A stretch of DNA of 64,000 nt from Armatimonadota bacterium (GTDB taxonomy: Bacteria > Armatimonadota > HRBIN16). Positions within the stretch are counted from its first letter, which is position 1. Each line of letters begins with the position of its first letter. The DNA lies in the NCBI GenBank assembly GCA_963677485.1, contig OY781964.1, positions 2,144,001-2,208,000 of the forward strand. The letters run 5' to 3'. Below are positions 29,521-38,627 of this stretch, piece by piece. A model generated the notes under the pieces. The model was given only the letters and a program-made list of their open reading frames with translations, did not search any database and was not told where the DNA came from. The position numbers and the translations under genes were made by a program.

Positions 29521-30040
29521 CTCACGCGGAGACGCGGAGCGCGCGGAGGAGATGGGTTAATCCACAGATGACGCAGATGACACAAATTAGTAGTGAACCA
29601 CGAATGAACACCGATACACACGAATAGACACGCATGAACGCGGATGGTGGGAGTACAACGCAAAGGAATGTTGTAAATCCGTGGTTCAAACGGACCGCCC
29701 AGCGAAGTCACACACCTGTGGGCCATAGCCTCTTGGCGTTTTTGCGTTGAATCCCATCCGCATAGTCCGGTGTTCAGACAGCAAGGAACGACGAATGAAC
29801 ACCGATACACACGAATAGACACAAATGAACGCGGATGGTGGGAGTACAACGCAAAGGAATGCTGAAAATCCGTGGTTCCAACCGACCGCCCAACGAAGTC
29901 ACACACCTCTGCGCCATTGCCTCTTGGCGTCTTTGCGTTGAATCCAAACCGCATAGTCCGGTGTTCAGACAGCAAGGAACCACGAATGAACACCGATGAA
30001 CGCGGATGGCGGGAGTACAACGCAATGACGCAGAGGTGCA
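29521..30040. repeat. 191-bp tandem repeat (~2.3 copies) built from short periodic motifs
   Basis: AAC(C/G)ACGAATGAACACCGAT starts at 29596, 29787 and 29978; preceded by CACGCGGAGACGCGGAG and CCACAGATGACGCAGATGACAC. Confidence 0.9.
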
Positions 30041-30199
30041 AAGGCGGCTGCCTGTCCGTTAAGCATATAGCTTAATTTGCATACCATATGGGTAAATGTG
30101 CGCATCTTGCCTACACGGCCTTTTCGGCGCGTCAACACCGACCGTTACCGGGTAGAATAGCCTCAGTAAGTCTATTCGTACCCTTGGAGGTTGACACCT

Positions 30200-33100
30200 A
30201 TGTCTTATCTACGAGTGGCGCTGTGTCTGGCACTGGCGTTCATGATGACGGTATCCATCAACGCGGCCACTCTGCTGGCTGGCGGATCGGCCGGCTGGGA
30301 TGGCTGGCAGGCGGGCAACGGCTGGAGGCTGGGCGTGTTCACTCGCCCTGGCGACCCTTTCCCCGCTTCGCCGCACTACGAAAGTTCGGAGACAAGCACG
30401 GGCAGTCTGTTGTCACCACCCTTCACGGTCACCGGCGAGGTGCTTCGGCTTTCGCTCAACGGCTGGAGTGGCGCCCGCGGCGGAGGCTCGTGCGAGTTCC
30501 GCGTGCTGGATGACAGCGGCTTGGTCGTGGCCTCGGTGAACCCGCCGGATCAAGACGCCTTTGCGACGGTGGTGATTTCCATCGCAGAGCAGATGGGCAA
30601 GAGCATCCGGCTGGAGCTGCGCGACGACAGTCCGGGCGGGATGTTTGCCTGGGCGGGCATCGCCAAGGTGGAGATGTTGAACATGCCTAAATCCACCAAG
30701 CCCCGTAATGTGCTGCTCATCAGCCCCAAGAACGACTTTGGCATCTGGGCGATCACCAAAGACCGACTGGACCGTGCCTGCCTGAACACCCTGACCTCGG
30801 GTGAAAAAGAGAAGGGCACGCTCTGCTCTCCGAAGTTCGAGCTGAAGTCGGCGAAACTGCGAATCCAGTGGCGCGGCTGGAGCGGTCGTGACGGTAAGGA
30901 TGGCCTCTGCCGGATGGACCTGCGCGATGCGGAGAGCCGCCAGGTGCTGGCTACGCTGGCTCCGCCCTGCACCGACTCAGCCACCTGGGCAGAGATGGAC
31001 ACATCCGCGTTTGTGGGCAAGAAAGTGCAGATTTGGCTGGTAGATGACCGTTCAGACCAGGGTTTCTCATGGATCGGTGTGGACAGCATCGATGCCGGCG
31101 ACAACATGCGCGTGGAGTTCAACAACGAACGTAATGTGGTGGGATGGACTAACGCATCCGGCGGTAGCAGCAAGACAATGGTGGGCGGAGTGCCTTTCGC
31201 AGTAGCCACTGGCAGCATGTTCGCTGCGGACGGCACCAGAAAGCTTCCGATCAACCAGAAGCTGGCGGGTCTGTATCTGCTGGGCATGACCAACAACAAT
31301 GACGTGGGCGGTAATGTGTGGGAAGACCCGCGCAATGCCCAAAACCGCAACTGGGTGGGCGACCTGCTGGGCCATGTGGTGATTACCTACGCAGGTGGTA
31401 AGAGTGTTTCGTATCCCATCGTGCTGGGCGAATCCGCCTTTTGGGGCACCATGTTCACGGGTTTTCCTGACCCTTACGGCAAGGACATGGCTTTCACTAA
31501 GGCGCTGGATAACTGTCTGCGACTTTACCCCAAGGGCCCTTCTGATGTGGGACGCTACATCGCCTACATCAAAACGGAGCCCGGGAAACAGGTTGTCAGC
31601 GTGCAACTGGTTGACAACCCCAAAAAGCCTGGCTTCCCCATGGTGTTTGGCATCACCGCAGAGTTAGGTGCTGGTCAGCCGAAGCCCAAAGAGGCCATCT
31701 CCACCGCATGGGAGTTTGAACCAGGCATCAACAGCTTGCGCTCGCTTCTGCCGACCGGGGTCGAAAAGGCTCAACGCAGCAAGGCTCTGACCGCGTTGAT
31801 GGACAACCTGTATAACACCGTCGACCGCGTGAAGAATGCCACCGAGCCGATCATCCCTGCGGGGTATAACGGCCCGAAGGTGCTGTTCGAGGGCACTCCA
31901 GAGGCGAAGGTGCTGAGCGGAATCTTCCACCATAACATACAGGATATGCTGGATAAGCTGGAGCCCAACGGCTTCTATAACACCTCCACACTGAACGCAC
32001 CTTCTTGGGGCGGCTACCAGGGGTTTGGCAGCTTCCTGAGCAAATACAACTCCTACCACGGCCAGATGTGGACGCGTGATATGGGTCGGACTTTAGTTGA
32101 GTTAGCGAACCTTGGTTTTCCTGAAAAGTCGAAAAAGAGCGTCGAATACGCGCTGTTGATGAGCCGCGTATGGGAGACCGGCCCTCAGGCAGGGATGGAT
32201 GTCCGAGAGCTGGGCCGGCTGGATGTGGATGGTGTGAGACTGCCACGGCATATCTGCCGCCGATTGAACTATCCTACCACCAACCCGGGCGAGGGCTGCT
32301 TCGAGAATGACGGCCATGCGCTGATAAGTCTGGCCGCCTGGAAGGTATGGCAGCGGATTCAAAACCCAGAACAGTGGTGGCAGCAGAACCGTGAGGATCT
32401 GGTTGGTCTGGGCGACTGGATCGTGTGGCAACTGGATAACCCCAAGACCTCCGGTGCCAAAGGCGTTCTACGCACCGACAGCGAGTGTGCCGGCGGTACC
32501 GGCTACAGTGTGTATGCCGACTACCTCTGCCATGAGGCCTTGTTGGGTCTGGCTGAGATGGCTGATGGCTCGGGTGACTCTGAGAAGGCGAAGCTCTGGC
32601 GAGAGACGGCCAAACGCCTCGAAGCTGGGATTGACAAATACTACATCACCGACGACAAGCAGTTCGGCCGCATGTGGACACTGCAAAGCTCAGGCTGGCC
32701 GAACCAGAGCACCGTGTTGGGACCAGTGATCGTGCAGAGCGACCGCGCCGGCTCACTTCCCGAACAGGGCAGGTCTGACTGGCGTGCCATCACCGAGGGC
32801 AACTTCAACCGCATGTTGAAAGTGTACCAGCCGGTGGGCTTCTACGGTGTGGCCATGGGCTACGGGCAAGGTTTCACCACACAGGCCGCGCTTCTGCTTG
32901 ACCGCATGAAAGAGGCCAGTGTGATGCTGGACTGGACCGCGCGCATCGTGTATGATCCCCGTCAGGGTTGCTACATCGTGCCCGAGGGGTCAGAGCTCCA
33001 TCCCGATGGCAAGCATTGGCACCGCACCGGCGACCTGGGTAACGGCGTGCAAGAGGCGGAGATCGTGAAGGCGATCCGTCTGGTGGTGGGCATCGACGAC

Positions 33101-33436
33101 ACCAACCCGAATCTGATCGGCATCTACCCGCGGATGCCGCTTGCCTGGAAGAAGATCAGTGCCGACATGCCGGTGTTGGTCAACAACGGTGCGAAGCGGA
33201 TGAACATCAAAATGGAGCTACAGCGCGTGGGGAAGAGGATGCTGATGGAGCTTCGTCCCACCGATTCGCTGAGCAAGGTCGCCTTCCGTGTAGGACCATT
33301 CGCCAAAAAACCGGCGGGTAAAGTGAGCAACGGCTCGCAGGCCATTGCGGCCGCGGTGAAGTTCAGCGGCGATAGCTGGTGGGTCAGCTTCAGCGCCGCC
33401 CTTCCGCAGTCGGGCCTCGACCTGAGCGTGGAGTAG
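30200..33436 (+). CDS. Large secreted protein, probable (alpha/alpha)6 glycosidase-like; paralog of 38628-41453
   Basis: Signal peptide; two N-terminal beta modules (G.L.SP.F...GWSG...D....F.W.G); WTRD, ENDGH, DSECAGG, GYGQG, VPEG, GDLGN. Confidence 0.6.
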   Translation: MSYLRVALCLALAFMMTVSINAATLLAGGSAGWDGWQAGNGWRLGVFTRPGDPFPASPHYESSETSTGSLLSPPFTVTGEVLRLSLNGWSGARGGGSCEFRVLDDSGLVVASVNPPDQDAFATVVISIAEQMGKSIRLELRDDSPGGMFAWAGIAKVEMLNMPKSTKPRNVLLISPKNDFGIWAITKDRLDRACLNTLTSGEKEKGTLCSPKFELKSAKLRIQWRGWSGRDGKDGLCRMDLRDAESRQVLATLAPPCTDSATWAEMDTSAFVGKKVQIWLVDDRSDQGFSWIGVDSIDAGDNMRVEFNNERNVVGWTNASGGSSKTMVGGVPFAVATGSMFAADGTRKLPINQKLAGLYLLGMTNNNDVGGNVWEDPRNAQNRNWVGDLLGHVVITYAGGKSVSYPIVLGESAFWGTMFTGFPDPYGKDMAFTKALDNCLRLYPKGPSDVGRYIAYIKTEPGKQVVSVQLVDNPKKPGFPMVFGITAELGAGQPKPKEAISTAWEFEPGINSLRSLLPTGVEKAQRSKALTALMDNLYNTVDRVKNATEPIIPAGYNGPKVLFEGTPEAKVLSGIFHHNIQDMLDKLEPNGFYNTSTLNAPSWGGYQGFGSFLSKYNSYHGQMWTRDMGRTLVELANLGFPEKSKKSVEYALLMSRVWETGPQAGMDVRELGRLDVDGVRLPRHICRRLNYPTTNPGEGCFENDGHALISLAAWKVWQRIQNPEQWWQQNREDLVGLGDWIVWQLDNPKTSGAKGVLRTDSECAGGTGYSVYADYLCHEALLGLAEMADGSGDSEKAKLWRETAKRLEAGIDKYYITDDKQFGRMWTLQSSGWPNQSTVLGPVIVQSDRAGSLPEQGRSDWRAITEGNFNRMLKVYQPVGFYGVAMGYGQGFTTQAALLLDRMKEASVMLDWTARIVYDPRQGCYIVPEGSELHPDGKHWHRTGDLGNGVQEAEIVKAIRLVVGIDDTNPNLIGIYPRMPLAWKKISADMPVLVNNGAKRMNIKMELQRVGKRMLMELRPTDSLSKVAFRVGPFAKKPAGKVSNGSQAIAAAVKFSGDSWWVSFSAALPQSGLDLSVE

Positions 33437-33445
33437 GGTGCCCAC

Positions 33446-33471
33446 TAGGGGCAGCTTATCGCTGCCCCCTT
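33446..33471. terminator. Hairpin after stop codon (terminator or REP-like)
   Basis: AGGGGCAGC-TTATC-GCTGCCCCT, a 9-bp stem. Confidence 0.5.
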
Positions 33472-33570
33472 GGCGCAGTTTGTTGAGACGTGGATACTGG
33501 CAATTGGTATATTGTACATACTGTATAACAACTGCTACATGCAGAACTGTGCATAGAAGGAGAAGGCCTA

Positions 33571-34884
33571 ATGGACATAGATGAGCTAAGCCGAAGGGTG
33601 TACAAAGTGTTCTCACCGTCTCCATTGACAGTTGAACAAAACGATTTGTATGTCAACTTGGATGATGTGCGTGGCGACGCTGACATAGTCAAGCGGTTAA
33701 CAAATGTGATCCGCCTCTCAGATGGAAGTTTTACTCACCAGGTACTGGCTGGGCATCGTGGTTGCGGGAAGTCCACGGAACTGACTCGCATTCGGACCGA
33801 ACTGCAAACAGGGAAACCAAAATACTTCGTTGTTTACTGTGATGCGTATGAGAACCTGGACCTCAATGATGTTGATTTCCCTGATCTGCTATTAGAAATG
33901 GTCCGGCAGATCGCGGATGCCCTGCGAAATGATGCTAAAATTGAGCTTCGTCCTAGCTACCCCAAAGAAGTGATAGAACGAGTAGGTAAATTTCTACACA
34001 GCGACGTAAACCTGGGGTCTTTTGAGATCGGTAATGATTTGGCCAAGATATCTGGAACGATCAGAAACAGCCCAGATATGCGTGCGAAAATCCGCGAAGT
34101 GTTGGAACCTCACACTGACAGCCTGCTTAATGCCGCCAATGACCTGATCAGCAAGGCTGCTTTAGAGCTATATGATAAGGGTTACGCCGGAATCGTGCTG
34201 CTTGTTGACAACCTGGACAAAATGCCACTTCGAGCTAAGGAAAACAGCAGTTGTGACACCGCTGAGTATCTGTTTGTCAATAGAGCCGCGCAACTGACAG
34301 CTATAAAGTGCCATGTGATATATACCATTCCGCTTTCACTCGCTTATTCGCATCTAGAGCAGGCCATCAAGAGCCAATATGAAGGTCACCTCCCTGTGGT
34401 ACCGGCCACGAAAATCGCCGGACGTCCCCCATTTCAGAAGCCGTTCTCAGAAGGTATTGCAAAATTCAAAGCGATCGTTGATCGAAGGCTGAAGTCTGTT
34501 GGAGTTTCTAAGGATGAGGTTTTTGCGAGTGATGAGGTACTGCTCAAGATCATCGCCTTAAGTGGTGGACAACCAACGGAGTTGATGACTATTATTCGTG
34601 AAGCCATTATCACGGGAAGCCTTCCCATCACTGCAAAAGCTCTGAGCCGTGCCGAAAAAGAAGGCCAGCGCGAATATGCCAGGATACTGCTTGCTGAGCA
34701 TATAGATATCATCAATGAGGTTGCCCTGAATGGTGAGTTTGCGAGAAAAGCGGAGACGGAGGATGCCTTCCGGGAGGTTTTGAATAGCCGCGCCATACTT
34801 CAGTATGTGAATGATGAAGAGTGGTATGGGCTAAATCCGATGGTAACAGAACTGATCAATGATAGAAAACAGGGCAAAGAGTGA
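33571..34884 (+). CDS. P-loop ATPase (KAP/STAND-like)
   Basis: Walker A GHRGCGKST, Walker B LLVDNLDK, downstream SGGQP; AAGGAG RBS. Confidence 0.85.
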   Translation: MDIDELSRRVYKVFSPSPLTVEQNDLYVNLDDVRGDADIVKRLTNVIRLSDGSFTHQVLAGHRGCGKSTELTRIRTELQTGKPKYFVVYCDAYENLDLNDVDFPDLLLEMVRQIADALRNDAKIELRPSYPKEVIERVGKFLHSDVNLGSFEIGNDLAKISGTIRNSPDMRAKIREVLEPHTDSLLNAANDLISKAALELYDKGYAGIVLLVDNLDKMPLRAKENSSCDTAEYLFVNRAAQLTAIKCHVIYTIPLSLAYSHLEQAIKSQYEGHLPVVPATKIAGRPPFQKPFSEGIAKFKAIVDRRLKSVGVSKDEVFASDEVLLKIIALSGGQPTELMTIIREAIITGSLPITAKALSRAEKEGQREYARILLAEHIDIINEVALNGEFARKAETEDAFREVLNSRAILQYVNDEEWYGLNPMVTELINDRKQGKE

Positions 34885-36533
34885 ACATTGAACCTAGTCT
34901 ATCAATTCAAGAACGAACCCGGCAAACAGCCGAACTGCAGGCACTGCTACGTATGCTCAGCTTGTCGTCAGGCTCTTTTTCTCTCAGTATCAGCGTGTGT
35001 AACAGCCCAGCGTTAAGGGATTATCTCATTGAACAGACTATGTTGGTGCACTCAGACATCAATGTAGTAAACGTACCAAACGGCACAACTGACATATTTC
35101 CGTATGTAAAGAAGGATGCTGATGAGGTTGGCTGTTCTGCACTATACATCACCGGAATCGAGAATAGCCTCACCTCATCTGACTTACCTCATCCGCTTTT
35201 ACAGTCGTTGAATGTTTCAAGGGAATTGTGGGAGAGGTATTATCATTGCCCCGTGGTGATATGGCTTCCTGAGTATGCCGCAGGATTAATGTCACTTGAA
35301 GCACCAGATTTCTGGAGATACAGAAGCCACCGGTTCGAGTTCGTCTCTGAATCTGCTCATTTCACTTCCGAATTACTTGAAGACGCATTCAAGAATGTGA
35401 ATTCAGCATCCGACCTATCTGTTGATGAGAGGCAGTTCCGCATTGCCGAACTAGAACAGAGGCTTGAGGAGGCTGGGCCGACTATCGATACCGGGCTCAG
35501 GCAATACGTGCTGATGTGGTTGAATGAGCTTGCGTATTTATATAGAGTGAACGGCCAAAGACATGACGAAGAGCAGACCATCAGCAGACTCAGGACAATA
35601 TACGGTGATTCAGAAGACAGTGATGACATTGCTCATAGCATGTTACTTCTCGGCGATTTATATGCCGAATGGGGGCAATATGAATCCGCAGAACGAATGT
35701 ATGGTGCATCAAAGGAGATCTCAGAGCGGCTGTTAACAGCAGATCCAGCAGTGTTGGCGCGGCTGATAGATATTTCGAATTGTGAGGACAGGCTAGGAGG
35801 ATTATTTCAGGTTAGAGGTGCTTATGATGACGCAGAACGGCTATATCGACAGGCACTAGTGACCAGAGAACGGGTTTTGGGAAGTGAACACCCACACACA
35901 ATCCTCAGTGTGATCAAGCTGGCAGGACTTCGTTTAATCAAGGGTGACGTCGTTGGTGCTGAGTCCGAGTTGACTCATGTGCTATCTTTTTGCGAGAAGG
36001 TTTTGGGAGCAGACGACCGTCTCACCCTGATGGCAGCTAATTATCTGGCCTATTCACTCAAGAGTAAAGGTGACTTAGCTGGCGCTGAAGCACTTTATCG
36101 AAGGGTTTTAGCAACACGCGAGCAGATATGGGGTTCAGACCACCCAGATACGCTGAATAGCATGAACAATCTGGCTATACTGCTGATGACAAAAGGAAAC
36201 ATCGACGCTGCGGAGCAACTCATCCGGTATGTGTTGTCAGCACGGAACCGCATACTCGGACCAGAACACCCAGACACCCTGACTATTGAAGTCGAAATGG
36301 CAGGAATACAGATTCTGAATGGTGATTTCGACAATGCTGAACACCAGTTCCGCCAGGTACTCGAAACGCAGAAAAGAGTGCTGGGCGCAAACCATCCCGA
36401 CACAATGGCTACTCTATCAAATCTGACATTTTTGCTGGACAAAATGAACGAAGCGGATAGGCATGGACTTTTAAACAACACGGTGCAAAGAGCTGGCGAA
36501 ATCATGACTGATTATGACGTCAGTGACCCTTAG
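34881..36533 (+). CDS. Tetratricopeptide-repeat protein with uncharacterised N-terminal domain
   Basis: ~42-aa kinesin-light-chain-type repeats (LGSEHPHT, WGSDHPDTL, LGPEHPDTL, LGANHPDT); 4-nt overlap with the ATPase stop. Confidence 0.85.
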   Translation: MNIEPSLSIQERTRQTAELQALLRMLSLSSGSFSLSISVCNSPALRDYLIEQTMLVHSDINVVNVPNGTTDIFPYVKKDADEVGCSALYITGIENSLTSSDLPHPLLQSLNVSRELWERYYHCPVVIWLPEYAAGLMSLEAPDFWRYRSHRFEFVSESAHFTSELLEDAFKNVNSASDLSVDERQFRIAELEQRLEEAGPTIDTGLRQYVLMWLNELAYLYRVNGQRHDEEQTISRLRTIYGDSEDSDDIAHSMLLLGDLYAEWGQYESAERMYGASKEISERLLTADPAVLARLIDISNCEDRLGGLFQVRGAYDDAERLYRQALVTRERVLGSEHPHTILSVIKLAGLRLIKGDVVGAESELTHVLSFCEKVLGADDRLTLMAANYLAYSLKSKGDLAGAEALYRRVLATREQIWGSDHPDTLNSMNNLAILLMTKGNIDAAEQLIRYVLSARNRILGPEHPDTLTIEVEMAGIQILNGDFDNAEHQFRQVLETQKRVLGANHPDTMATLSNLTFLLDKMNEADRHGLLNNTVQRAGEIMTDYDVSDP

Positions 36534-36594
36534 TTTCATTGACGTGATGAACAGTAGTAAGCAGCCCCGCATCAAGCACTCAATGGAGTAAGCC

Positions 36595-36980
36595 ATGGTA
36601 TTCCAATGGATTGTGATCGGGCTTCTGGTCTGCCTGGGCAGCATATGAAAAGCCAATGACTATGTGTGCGTGAATCCGCCTACATTGCAGACGGAGGTCT
36701 GGACCTCCACGATGTGGAACGCGAGCGGGGGTAAGCAGGCTCTGCAGCTCATCTCGCGTGTGCTGGCTGAGTTACCGTCACCAGGCCGCGATGAGGCGCT
36801 TCCTGTGAGCTCACCGAGTAGCAGGGACGGGTCGTGCGTGTCGGACCTCACGCCGGTCAAGCGATGGCTGACATCATGGCGCAGAAGATGAATACCCAGG
36901 GCTGGAGCGTCCGTAAAAAGACCAGCGGTCATACTAAAAACAAGCCGGCTATCTGGCTGTGGCTGCTAAGGAGACTGTGA
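36595..36980 (+). pseudogene. Internally deleted relic paralog of the 38628-41453 gene
   Basis: Similar leader and RBS; MVFQWIVIGLLVCLGSI* (TGC to TGA at 36646); then LAELPSPGRDEALPVS joined directly to the C-terminal ...QGWSV..TSGHTKNKPAIWLWL. Confidence 0.9.
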
Positions 36981-38599
36981 TGAACCTGATACCTAATGGT
37001 GAATTCCTGAGTTTGAAGGGGTGGACACCGGCAAATGACCCGCTGGTGGCCCTCGAACGTGTTGATGGTGTATCCTGTGTGAAACTGAGTGCCAACCCTC
37101 CTGCTCCAGAAGGCACAGAGAGCACTTCAATAGAGCAGATGCTGGATATCCGATCTTTCGAGACGAATTCTGAGTATCGTCTGCAGTTCAGAGCGAAGTC
37201 TGACCACTTCCCGCAGTTGTACAACCTCTACCTGGCCACGATGCGTGGAGAGCGGCTTGTGACGTCTATTGGCTATGAGTGGCGGCAGGTGGGCGGCGGA
37301 TGGCAGGATGTGAAGCTGGATTTTCGTGATGTGAACACGGATGCTACTGCCGCCAAGGTGGTCATTCAAGTGAAGGCACCGGGGCAGGTTTGGATCGCCG
37401 ACCTGCGTGTCGAGAAGCTGCTTGCTGGCACCATCGGCGCTGAGGAGCGGCAACTGAAGGACCTACCCCGGTATGCTGGTTCACCGAAGTATGTGCAGAT
37501 TACCAGCGACCGTAGGTTCATCGTGAATGGCAAGCCGTTTTTCCCCATCGGACAGTGGGACATGGCTTACCCCAACGAAAAGGCGATGGACGACATGCAG
37601 GAGTGCGGGTATAACCTGACCGGCTCGGGTATGTTAAACCTAAAAACCCCTGAAGAGGTGAAGACGTTTCTTGACCAAGCCCAGGCACGGAGCCTGCATG
37701 TGCTTGGACTGCTTCGCTATGATGCCTTCGGTGAAGCGGCAGCGGCGGTGGCGGTAGCGGAACAACGGCATATCATGCATAAGCCCGTCATTGATGTCAC
37801 AAGGGAGCATCCTGCCTTCTTCGTGTATGACGTTGCAGATGAACCGGGTTGGATTGGCAATAGTCTTTCGGCGTTAGCAGCAGGTGCGCATTTCATCCGG
37901 CAGCATGACCCCAACCATCCGATCTTTTCTAATCAGGCTCCGCGCGGCACGATATCGCTGCTGCAGCGCTGGTACCGCTTTGTGGATGTGGGCGGCTGCG
38001 ACATCTACCCCTGGTGGAATGGTGAACCGGATAGGCACTCCGATCAGCCGGATAAGACCCTGTCTGTGGTGGGTGCTGAGACTATAAAGAATCTGACTGC
38101 ACTGGGCAGCCGCAAGCCGGCGATCATGACGGTTCAAGGATTTGGGTGGTCGGAGGGCACAACATCGGAGCTGGCCACGAAGGGGTATGGGTATCCACCC
38201 GCCAACATCCAGCGTTACATGGTGTACGATGCCATCGTGTGTGGTGCCACAGGCATCCTAGTGTTTCAAGATCAGCGTTACCCTGGAGTGATCAACATGA
38301 AGATCAAGCCGCTTACGCTTGAATTGAAAGCTCTGCACGATGTGCTGGCTTCTCCGACGGAGGCAGGGTATGCCCGTGCTTCCGATAAGCGTGTGAAACT
38401 CATCACGAAGATTCATCAGGGCAAACGAACAGTTATCGCCGTGAACCGATCTGATCGCGCATTAGACTGTCGGATTTCGCACTCCGCCAGTGCCCAAACT
38501 TGGCAGGAGCGAATCAGCCGTCGCCGCATGAAGAGCACGGAACAGGGCTTCACCGATCGGTTCGATGCCTGGGGCGTGAATATCTACGAACAAAAATAA
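36980..38599 (+). CDS. Putative glycoside hydrolase (CBM-like N-terminus + TIM-barrel-like domain)
   Basis: NLIPNGEF; FIVNGKPFFPIG, YDVADEP, DPNHP, GCDIYP; AAGGAG RBS before ATG 36980. Confidence 0.6.
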   Translation: MNLIPNGEFLSLKGWTPANDPLVALERVDGVSCVKLSANPPAPEGTESTSIEQMLDIRSFETNSEYRLQFRAKSDHFPQLYNLYLATMRGERLVTSIGYEWRQVGGGWQDVKLDFRDVNTDATAAKVVIQVKAPGQVWIADLRVEKLLAGTIGAEERQLKDLPRYAGSPKYVQITSDRRFIVNGKPFFPIGQWDMAYPNEKAMDDMQECGYNLTGSGMLNLKTPEEVKTFLDQAQARSLHVLGLLRYDAFGEAAAAVAVAEQRHIMHKPVIDVTREHPAFFVYDVADEPGWIGNSLSALAAGAHFIRQHDPNHPIFSNQAPRGTISLLQRWYRFVDVGGCDIYPWWNGEPDRHSDQPDKTLSVVGAETIKNLTALGSRKPAIMTVQGFGWSEGTTSELATKGYGYPPANIQRYMVYDAIVCGATGILVFQDQRYPGVINMKIKPLTLELKALHDVLASPTEAGYARASDKRVKLITKIHQGKRTVIAVNRSDRALDCRISHSASAQTWQERISRRRMKSTEQGFTDRFDAWGVNIYEQK

Positions 38600-38627
38600 C
38601 CGCATCAAACACTCAATGGAGTAAGCA

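Noticed and set aside
29463-30075. ORFs of 192, 83 and 67 aa over the tandem repeat; also a possible CRISPR
   Set aside because: The translations simply mirror the DNA repeat, and the whole 191-bp unit repeats with no unique spacers.
33505-33545. LexA/SOS box upstream of the ATPase
   Set aside because: TACATACTGTA is weakly palindromic but fits neither CTG-N10-CAG nor GAAC-N4-GTTC.
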